A stretch of 64,000 nt of DNA from contig NC_087436.1 of assembly GCF_036321535.1 (NCBI RefSeq), positions 52,888,001 to 52,952,000 of the forward strand, given 5' to 3'. How positions within the stretch are numbered: the first letter of the stretch is position 1; every line of letters begins with the position of its first letter. Below are positions 12,123 to 22,200 of the stretch, piece by piece. Both the position numbers and the translations under genes were made by a program. Source of the DNA: Camelus dromedarius. Its lineage: Eukaryota. Below the pieces are notes generated by a model that had not been told where the DNA came from, did not search any database, and saw only the letters and a program-made list of their open reading frames with translations.

Positions 12123-13824
12123 GTAAACTTCGCGGAGGCGCTCGAAGACTCCGCGGGTTTTTGCCAGCGGGAGAAAAACCCGTTACACACGGCGATGGGG
12201 TGAAGCGGCGACGGTTGGGAACGCGCGGAGACAGGATTTGGAAGAGCGGGGGGAGGTGTTTTGTTGGTGGCGAGAGGAGCAGCCTCGGATCTCGCGGCGG
12301 GCGGCGACGGTTGTGTGGCGCGCGCAGCGTCGCTGGGGGCCGGCGGGCGGACGGAGGCGCGCGGCCGCGGCGGGCGCGCAGCGGGGGGCGGGCGGGCGGG
12401 GTCGCCGTAGCGCCGCGCGGCGGGCCCGAGACCCCGGCTGGGCTCGGGGCCGCGCTCGCGCCCGGGCCGCGCCGCGGTGGGGGAGGGGCGCGTCACCCTG
12501 GTAATCCTATATTCTGCGTTCCTCCTTCCCTCGCGGGCGTGTGCGCGCCGCAGGCTGGCGGTAAGGCTGGGAAGGACTCCGGAAAGGCCAAGACAAAGGC
12601 GGTTTCCCGCTCGCAGAGAGCCGGTTTGCAGGTCAGTGGCGGCTCGTGCAGTCTGGGAATCGTGGCGTTTTTCTTTGCTTTTCCTCTCTTGTTTATCATC
12701 GCTTTAGAGGAGCGTTTCGTCTTTGCGTGGGTGATGGTGTCGCGACTTGGTTTACCGATACAATAAATATCGGGGGGGGGCGATCACGTGTGTCTTTGCT
12801 GGGGCGTGTTGCTGCACCAGCGTCCGTGCCCCTTGCTTTGGTGCGCGGGTAATTTTACCACCTTTGCCTTTAATATCTTTGTGCATTTATGTTTGTGTAT
12901 GCTTAAAATGAAGTTCCCGGTGGGTCGTATCCATCGACATCTGAAATCTAGGACGACCAGCCATGGACGTGTGGGCGCTACTGCCGCTGTGTACAGCGCA
13001 GCCATCCTGGAGTACCTCACCGCAGAGGTAAATGGGTGTACGCCTATAATCTGGAAAAGATTGGGGGGGAGGAGGGGGGAGGCGGCGAGAGGGAAGGAGG
13101 AAAGTGATGCAAGAAAACTCCCAGGCTCTGAACGCGGCTAGAAGCTTCTGACAACGCTAGAGGGGGCTGGTGTTCATGATGGGACCCTATTGAGCTTGAG
13201 TTTGCTGCTTTAGGAAATAAAATTGCGTGCCCCTTTCATTGCTTTTGCATATCTTGCCATTCAAGTAGTGGGGGGAGATGACAGTTGGTAGATACACGTT
13301 CATGAAGGTTAAATTATTGTCTGCATCTTGATCTTAAGGAAAGTTGGAGGGAGACTGATTAGATTCTGCCTTCTAGGTACTTGAATTGGCAGGAAATGCA
13401 TCAAAAGACTTGAAGGTAAAGCGTATTACCCCTCGTCACTTGCAACTTGCTATTCGTGGAGATGAAGAATTGGACTCTCTCATCAAGGCTACAATTGCTG
13501 GTGGTGGTATGTAAATACTGACATTTTTAATTTCTTTAGAGAATTCTTTGCTGCCTTAATTCCCACTGGTAATTTTTAGTCTAGAAGAGTACACTTAATA
13601 TATTTTCGCTGATCTGTAGTATGGTTGTATGATGAGATTTGATTTCTGTATATAACTTAGTGAATTTTTCCTTGGCACACGTGAGCTTCCCATTTAAAGA
13701 CATATTCCAAATAGAACATTCAGCTGTCTTGATTTTAAACTACTGTTAATTTATCCTTCTAGGTGTTATTCCACACATCCACAAATCTCTGATTGGGAAG
13801 AAAGGACAACAGAAGACTGTCTAA
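12120..13824 (+). CDS. H2AZ1: Histone H2A.Z.1, 128 aa; join(12120..12122,12554..12631,12914..13027,13377..13506,13763..13824)
   Basis: Spliced CDS of 387 nt, all introns GT-AG. Translates [129 protein letters not shown]14/S38/V127 are the H2A.Z.1-diagnostic residues (A14/T38/A127 in H2A.Z.2). Confidence 0.98.
12554..12631 (+). CDS. H2AZ1: H2AZ1 exon 2
   Basis: cag|GCT...CAG|gtcagt; encodes [26 protein letters not shown]. Confidence 0.97.
12914..13027 (+). CDS. H2AZ1: H2AZ1 exon 3
   Basis: aag|TTC...GAG|gtaaat; encodes [38 protein letters not shown]. Confidence 0.97.
13377..13506 (+). CDS. H2AZ1: H2AZ1 exon 4
   Basis: tag|GTA...GGT G|gtatgt; encodes [43 protein letters not shown]. Confidence 0.97.
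13763..13824 (+). CDS. H2AZ1: H2AZ1 exon 5, coding part
   Basis: tag|GT GTT...GTC TAA; encodes (G)[19 protein letters not shown]. Confidence 0.97.
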
Positions 13825-14183
13825 AGGATGCCTGGATTCCTTATTATCTCAGGACTCTAAATAAATACTCTAACAGCTGTCCAGTGTTGGTGATTCCAGT
13901 GGACTGTATCTCTGTGAAAAACACAATTTTGCCTTTTTGTAATTCTATTTGAGCAAGTTGGAAGTTTAATTAGCTTTCCAACCAACCAAATTTCTGCATT
14001 TGAGTCTTAACCATATTTAAGTGTTACTGTGGCTTCAAAGAAGCTATTGATTCTGAAGTAGTGGGTTTTGATTGAGTTGACTGTTTTTTAAAAACTGTTT
14101 GGATTTTAATTGTGATGCAGAAGTTATAGTAACAAACATTTGGTTTTTGTACAGACATTATTTCCACTCCGGTGGATAAGCTC

Positions 14184-14189
14184 AATAAA
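14184..14189 (+). terminator. H2AZ1: H2AZ1 main poly(A) signal
   Basis: AATAAA about 360 nt after the stop with T/GT-rich sequence downstream. H2A.Z mRNA is polyadenylated, and no histone stem-loop is seen. Confidence 0.85.
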
Positions 14190-15169
14190 GGTCATATCCC
14201 AAACAAGTTATGTATTAAATCTGCTTGATTATAATAGGAACAGCTTTGTTATGAATAGGTACCCAGTGATAATTTAAGCACTTTTCTTAAACTGTTCATT
14301 CTGAAGATCTTAAGTCAAAAGGCCCAAGTTTTTTTGTTTTTTTTCTTTTTAATACTGTGTAAATGAACTAGAACTCAAGCAGAAGCTGGATCGGGGACAA
14401 GTTGATTGTTTTTTTTTTTTTAGGTTAAGCTTGAGCGTTTCAGTTTGTTAGCTGCAGTTAGCTTTTTGTGACAGTACTACGCTATACCACTGTTGTGGAC
14501 TTGGCAGGTGGGAGGAAGGGAGAGGGCAGGTAGGGAAGTCCTGTATATAGCTACCTCCACAGAAGGAACTTTCAGTTTAGACTAAGTGTTTTCTGTGTGC
14601 AATGCACTGTTTTTAAGGCTACTTGAGTTGTTCAATACGTGGTAACATTTTGGGGGGACATACTATTACTGTTTTACAGAAGAGGATTTCTTCACCAGTC
14701 CCGAGTTACCATATTTGCTGGCATAGCTAGCAATATCTTTACTGAACATTGTGTGAAAATGGTTGTGATTAGGTTGAGTGGATCATTTTGACACTTGGTT
14801 TCTGTCAAGTTCTTAGTTTTCGAAATTTGGGTAAGGACATTACTAAGCAAAAAGTGGGCCCTTTACCTGCACTGAGGAGGCCAACGTGACATGGTACAGC
14901 ATTTCACAGGGGTAATGTGGAAATGGAAGAAGGGAGGAAACCAACAAGTAGTTAACTTACGTGATGGCAGTACCTTCCCAAAGCTGATTCCTTGTTTTGG
15001 TCATGAAGGATTATCAGGCTTACGTTTTTTCACCAGAACAAGTGAAAACTACAAATTAAAAAGTGTTTGCTTTGTACCTCCTGAATATACTAGGAAGCAG
15101 TTTTATGGAATATGGGTCAGAAAAAATGTACCACTGACAAGGCAATAAAACAAGCCCCGTGTTCTGAAC

Positions 15170-16260
15170 ACCTGTACCGGAAGCGCTGTGTAGAGGCTGA
15201 CAGCGCCGGCAGCGCGGTCCTCACCTGACCAAATCCTCCCAAGGCGAAGGGGGCCCAGAGGCGGGGCCTTCGATCCCTGGGAATTTTCCTGAAAACGTAC
15301 GTCCCCACCCCCATCCGTCACCCGGCCGCCAGGAAGGCGGGCTGCCGCCTGCGCCGTCGAGCCGGGAGGTCAGGGACCGCCGTGCAGCCCATGCGGGCGG
15401 CCGGGTCCGCGCCTCGGCGGAACCCCCGGCAGGCAGCCGGTCTGGTGTCGCTCGCCCCCCACTCCCCGAGCTTGGTCGGCTCCGAGCCTGGCGGTGCCAC
15501 GCACGGATCGCCGAGTCGGCTCGGACGGCCAGGCTAGGAGCTCCGTCCCGGGACCGGGAGGGATGCGGCTCGCGCCGTAGCTGCCCGCGGGGGGTGAGGA
15601 GGCCGCCGTGAGGAGGCGGAGCTGCGATCCCGCCAGTGCGCCCGGGCCTGCCGCCGCCGCCGTCTCTTGCGCTCCTCCCCGCTCGCCTCCGCACGCCCCC
15701 ATCCCCGGCCGGCCTCGCCTCCTCGGCGGCGGCGCGGCGGGTTCCGCCTCTCGTAGCTGCGCTCCTGCAGGAAACGGAAGAAGGTGCAAGCCATGGAGGG
15801 GAACCGGGATGAGGCGGAGAAATGTGTAGAGATCGCCCGGGAGGCCCTGAACGCCGGCAACCGCGAAAAGGCCCAGCGCTTCCTGCAGAAGGCCGAGAAG
15901 CTCTACCCACTGCCCTCTGCCCGCGGTAAGGCCCTCGATGTCTCTTTCCTCCCAGCCGGGTCCCCAGGCCGCCGCGCAGCGCGCTCCCGCCCCCGCCCCC
16001 GCCCCTGCCCCTGGGGAGCCGGCGGGGCCCCGGGCCTGCTCGACCCCGCCGCGGGGCCCCAGGGGGAGCATCCCGACACACCTCCGCCCCGGCTCTGACC
16101 ATCCCGGCCCGGCCTGCCATGGGCGGCCCGAGACTCCCTCCTCCCCAGCGGGCCTGTGAAATGCCGGCTCTCAGCTGGCAGGCGAGAGTTACCGGTTCCC
16201 GAATGGGTTTTCGTAAATGTCCAGCTGTCATTCTCCCAGGAGATTCGTCCGGTCCTGTCT
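15170..16260. promoter_or_regulatory. DNAJB14: CpG island / TATA-less promoter of DNAJB14
   Basis: GC/CpG-rich block containing exon 1. ETS motif CCGGAAG at 15177-15183 and GC boxes. Confidence 0.9.
15793..15925 (+). CDS. DNAJB14: DNAJB14 coding exon 1
   Basis: Kozak gcc[49 protein letters not shown]|gtaagg donor. Confidence 0.96.
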
Positions 16261-19200
16261 TAATGGAGCGGGCCTTTTACCTGGGTGTTTGATTGTGTGC
16301 CCCCCCCCCCATGTTCACCCCCAGATAAGGCCTAGGCCCCTAATAAAGGATGGGGAGCGGGGAACCTTAGTGGCTAATGTACACGTCTCTGGTTCCACCA
16401 CCTCTTGAGTCGAAAACACTTCCCAAAGGAAACATTTTCGAATACCTGAGATGACATTGCTTTTCCTTGAGAGAGAGTTCCTTCTGAAGAGAGGAGCACA
16501 AATTTGGTAAGAATGATAGAGTCTAATGATTTGTCAAATAATATCTGATTTGATAATTATCAGCAAATGAGGCACATCTTTAGGAACCGAGTACTGAGCT
16601 TCGTTTAGTCGAATTCGGCCAGTTCATGTCCTGCTCTCTAGGCTTTAAAGTAATTATAGCCAACATTTGTCGAGCACTTACAAAGTGCTTAGTGTTTGTA
16701 TGGATTATTTTGTTAACTCCTCAGAACAGTCCTAGAATTCATTTGGCAGGGTTTATTCATGTGGAAACAGACTTTTTTGATGAATGAATGAAAAAAAAAT
16801 TATCTTACTCAAGGTCACACAGTAATTAATAACAAAGTCAGAATAGTACTTGACCTTTGCAGCTCCGAAAGGCCTTTAACCACTACATTCCATTGCCTGG
16901 TCATTAGGATACTGTTTCACTTGAGGTTCAAGGTATTTCCAGGTTAAGAAGAAAATTACCAGTAAATCAATAAGACTGTCAGGCTACCTGTTTTATTCTT
17001 ATTTTCTAAAATTTTTTCTACGTTGTTGAAGCCCTTGTATTCTTTACTTTTCTCTATTCTTTTCTTTACATTGAATACTGTTGAATACTGTACCAGAGAG
17101 GACAGTAGAGGAAAATGAAACAAAAGGAGTTAATTTTTTTAAAATGTGGCAAAAACACAACAAAACTTACTAACTTAACCGTTTTTAAGTGTACAGTTCA
17201 GTAGTGTTAGCCGTTTTCACATTGTGGTACAACAGATTTCCAGAATTTTCATCTTACAAAACTGAAACTATGCAAATTAAACATCTTCCCATTTTCCCCA
17301 CCCACCCAGCCCCTGGCAATCACCATTGTACTTTCTTTAAAAATTTGGCTACTTTAGATACCTTATATAGGTGAAATCATATAGTATTGACCTTTTTTTT
17401 GTCTAGCATCTTTAACTTGGCATAATGTCCCTGAAGTTTGTCAATGTTGTAGCATAAATATGATAGGAGTTCCTCTTTTTAAAGGCTGCATAATATTCTA
17501 TTGCATGTATATACCACATTTTCAATATCCATTCATGATCTATTAATATATTTATGTTGTTTCTATGTCTTGGCTATTGTGATAATGCTGCTATGAGCAT
17601 GGGTTTGCAGATATCTCTTTGTAATCCTGCTTTCAATTCATTTGGATACATACCTAGAAATGGGATTGCTGGATCATATTGGTAATTCTGTTTTCACTTT
17701 TTTTTTTTTTTTGAGAAACTGCTATACTGTTTGTTTTCATAGTAGTTATGCCATTTTACATTCCCACCAACAGTGTGCAAGAGTTTCAGTTTCTCCACAT
17801 CCCTCATCAATGCTTGTTATTTTCTGTTTGGTTTTTTTTTTTTTTTGGATGTTACTTTTTGATAACCATCCTGATACGTGTGAGGTGATATTCTCATTGT
17901 GATTTTGATTTGCATTTCTCTAATGATTAGTAATGTTGAGCATCTTTTTATTTGCTTTTTGGCCATTTTTATATCATTTTTTGAGAAATGTCTATTCAAG
18001 TCTTTGCCTATTTTGTAATTAGGTTATTTTGTTGTTGTTGAGTTGTTGTTCTTTATATAATCTAGATATTAACCCCTTATCAGATATATGATTTGCAGAT
18101 TTCTTTTCTCCCATTTTGTAGGTTGTCTTTCATACTATTGATTATTTCCTTTGGTGCACAGTTTTAAAGTTTGATATAGTCCCACTTGTGAATTTTTGTG
18201 TTTATTGCCTGTGCTTTTCATGTTACATCCAAGAAATCACTGCCCAGAGTTAAAACTTTAAAAATTTCCCTACTGTATGAATACATGATTTCATTTAGTC
18301 ATTATCTAGTACTAGAAGGACAGATTTAATATTAAGCAGGTAACCACTTGAGACAGAATACCTTGGGTTTTGAAACCTAGGCCAAAACTAGCTTGTAACC
18401 TTAATCTTAGGCAAGTTAGATAACCTTTCTAGCTTTTAGCTTTTTTGTCTGCAAAATAGAACAAAAATGTACTGATTTCATAGGCCTGTTATAAAGATTG
18501 AATGAGTTAATACATGGAGGCATTTAACAGCAAGCACTCAATTACTTTGGTATTATTTCCATTTAACAAATGTGAGGCTTCGAAAATTTTTAAACTTGTA
18601 GCCTGTCATTCTATCATACAAGCAACTTCAGTCTACTAAAGACGCTGTAAGATATCAAAGCACAACACAATTGTTGCTCTTAAAGACATGAATATAGGGC
18701 AAATAAAGAAAATAATAGTGAAAGTTAATAGTATAATGTTTGTAAGGCAATATGTGATTACCAAATAAAGTCATTGGGTACAGTTGTGGTGTAGCCTGAA
18801 AACATTCAGATGCAGACTTCGCCTCCAACAGCTTTATAACCAAGGATGAGTTACTTAGCATTGCCAAGCCTTTTTTAGTTATATGTAAAATGAAGCTTTG
18901 ATTGTAGGGTTGATGTGAACATTAGCTGAGATAAGTCTTGTGCAGATACTTAGCAAAGTGTGTCTTACATAGAATGTTCTCCGAAGATGTTTACTGAAAT
19001 AATTTAAGAATTCAGGAGAGGGAAAGGTCTAGAACATTTGTATAAGCTCCTGATAAAATATTTATTGTAGAAGGGAATTGAAGCTATTGATTAAAATGAA
19101 ATTTAAAATTTTTATCCCTGAATTTCAACTATTCTAAACTACTCTCAAATCCTTGTAACTCAGAGCTTTGACTAAATGTTCCTCTGGATGTGTTTTCACA

Positions 19201-22200
19201 TTAAGGTAGGCAAAATAAAACATTGCATTTGATTTCTCTTATTCTTATACAGTGAATGGGAAAACATGAGACTAAATTGTAGCTAAATTTCAGAATTTTT
19301 GTCCTCTTTACATTTTATTCTTGCCAGATGAGAAGTCTGATTGATAGACCACTTAAAAAATTGGCAAGAGTTTTCATTGAGGAAAAACTGTATCTTCAGA
19401 TGAATCTAGGACATTGTTGCTTTCTAAGTATTTAGTTGAGAATATTACTGTATAGTTTATTTATTGCAGTGGACTTCTAAGTGAATTCAGTTTTACAGCT
19501 TGTAGATATTTTACACTATGAGTTTAATTTACGTTTGAAAGGATTGGTATACATATGACTAATACATACGAAATGTAAATATTTTGGAAAAATATGTTAG
19601 CAGGAGAAAGTAAATTACATTTCAGTGTCTTAAACTGTATATTTATTGGATTATTAATATGTTTTAGATTTTCAGAGAGAGATACAGTCTCACTTTTAAT
19701 GCTTTACATTGCTTTTTTAATACTTTAGTGTTTCATACTAATTGGGGCAATTTGAAGTACAGATTTTTTTTTTTCAGAGAAAAGCATTTTTGTTTTCAAG
19801 AATTTCATAGTAATTTGAACCAATTGACAGCCTACAGCTTCAAAAAAGGCCATCTTGTGTCTCCTTTAATGGATAACTCATGTATAATTTGCAGCATCTA
19901 TCTGCTCAATAGCAATTAAAATAGTCCTCTTTTTATTTTTTTTCCCTCATATGAGAGAGATGTGTGTAGATTTTGCTTCCTTTTTTCTTGCTACATTATT
20001 TTAAAATTTAAATCTAATAAAAAATTCAAAGTTCTGTCCCCTTTTGTCTCACTTAAAATGGTAAAATAAAGCTTTTAAAATTGTTATTACACATTCTGGA
20101 GTATTTTCCAGCCTATTCCTTTTAAGACAATAAGATTTTCTTTTTATTTCTGGCTTAATTGAAATTTAGTGATGAGTGCAAATTATACATTCCAAGCAGT
20201 TATTTTGATAGCACCAAGTTAAGTGTTATTTTTATAAAATGATTTCCAAAATTCAGCTAATAACTAATCTATTTCAGACGTTATAATTGAAGAAAGAATA
20301 CTGAATTTGGTTTTGAACCTTAAGTGTGCCCCTGCATCCATAACTGTCTATCTGAGCCTCAATTTCCTCATCTATAAAATGGGGATATTCAACAAACATT
20401 TACTGAATCTGTACTTCTTTGTGATAGGAACTATTTTAGAGCTAGGGAATCAATGAACAGTAAGACAAAGTTCTTGTCCTCTTGGATCTTACATTCCAGA
20501 GGAATGAAATATAAAGTATCTGCTGGACACAAAAATGACTCAGTTCCTGTCATTCCGCTTTCCTCAGTCTTCTTGCCTATTGTTTACATAATTATTATAA
20601 GGATATTTTATCGCATGCTGTAAGAATGTCATGTATTACTAGCACAGCAAAAGTATTTGGATTGTGCCTTGGAGTTAACAATGTAATATTTGTCTCTTTG
20701 CTGTCATTTTTTTAATGTTAGCTATTTGAGCATAAAATAATTGCTTTAAGTTAGGATTAATCGCCATTTGGATTCAGCTACTCATTCCATTCTTAGTTAC
20801 CGTGCAGTTCTCTCTGCCTTGCATTCATTCCTTGTATTATCTATGTGTATGGCTGTCCCTCTCCTAGATTAAAAATTCCTCTACTGTCAGGAATCATTTT
20901 AATGTTAATCATCTTTTCTACTCCCGTGGGGCCTAATAGTGTTTTGCATATACTTGTGGTGTCATAAGCCTGGATTTTCTGGAATTATGCTTGTTTATAT
21001 AATTTTGTTCCCTTATCAATGAAGACAATTTGTTAAATAATTAAATGAAAAGTTATAGCTTTAAGGCTTTTCATGGTAATATATCCACAAATGAAGCTTT
21101 TCCATAATCAGACAAGTGTGCAAAAACGTATATATAAGGGTTGTCACTGTAGCAAAAATTTAAAAAGGGTCCATCAGTGGAAATGATTAAATAAATTGCA
21201 TTGCATTCATATACTGTGCACTTATTAAAGACAATGACGTGCCTCAGTAATTTTCCATCCACTGACCGACCTCACCCTGCTCATTGGCTACAAAGTCTCA
21301 GCTGTCTTTGCTGAATTTGCAGTTGAGCCTACTCTCTCCCCTCTTGCAATAGTCCTGAATAAGTTCTTAAAAAAAAAAAAATCATGTGGATCTATGTTTA
21401 TTGCTATGAGATGATATATACAGTGAATTATCAGTTTATAAAGATAGGTTACCAACATATGTAGATTATTCTAGTTTTTTTTTCAGAATATTTAAAAAGC
21501 TAGATAGCTAGACAACTGGAGTAACCAGAGTTAAGTGTACCAAAATGGTTGAGTGATTTTTTTTTTTCTTGTGTGGGATTTATAAGTGATCTTTACTTTG
21601 TTGTATCTTTTTAAGTGAGCTGAACAACATCACTTTTATAATCACAAATAAAAGCAATTTCCAGTTGTGAGGAGGAAGGAAAAAAATTCATTTGTTTTTC
21701 AAATCATGTGTTCTTATTTTAGGTTCATTAAATGATGGACATTATACAAAACAGGTGTGCAGCAGAAACTTATGAAATAAAAACAGATCTTGGTTCTTCA
21801 CCTTTGGTTATCCACAGAAACATTTTTAACATATTTCTTCACTGGTCTTTAACATGGAGTATACGTAAATCCAGATTAGCTTAAAATTAAAACCCCAAGC
21901 ACAGCAGTATGTCTGGAAAATGAATGGATAAAATAAGGTTTGATAGTTTTAAAACCAAAAGTAATCTGGTTTATAAGTACTGTATCTGCCCAACTAATGT
22001 TTGTAATACTGCACATTATTGTCAATGAGATCTCATATGATAGCCAAGACATTTAATAAATCAGAAAAAGCCAATGTGTTCTAAATTCTGGCAGTACTTG
22101 AACTGAATCACATTACCTTCTCAGGCATTGGTTCCAATGATTGTTAATACAGAAAACCTTGCTGATTCCATTATTAAGATGACAACTGGATATTGAGTCC

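Larger units (their letters stand above)
11340..12860. promoter_or_regulatory. H2AZ1: CpG island spanning the H2AZ1 promoter, exon 1, intron 1 and exon 2
   Basis: Very high GC and CpG density against an AT-rich background. Confidence 0.92.

Noticed and set aside
11207..12766. Several 100-220 aa ORFs over the H2AZ1 island, including 12098-12766 which runs into exon 2
   Set aside because: CpG-island artefacts. Intron 1 is 431 nt (not a multiple of 3), and retention from the true ATG reaches a TGA within intron 1.
13825..14210. Replication-dependent histone stem-loop
   Set aside because: No GGYYYTTYTNARRRCC-type hairpin found; the gene has introns and AATAAA, as expected for H2A.Z.
15221..16231. 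336-aa minus-strand ORF and other overlapping ORFs in the DNAJB14 island
   Set aside because: Low-complexity R/G/A/P composition expected from stop-poor GC-rich DNA; antisense to real exon 1; no recognisable domain.
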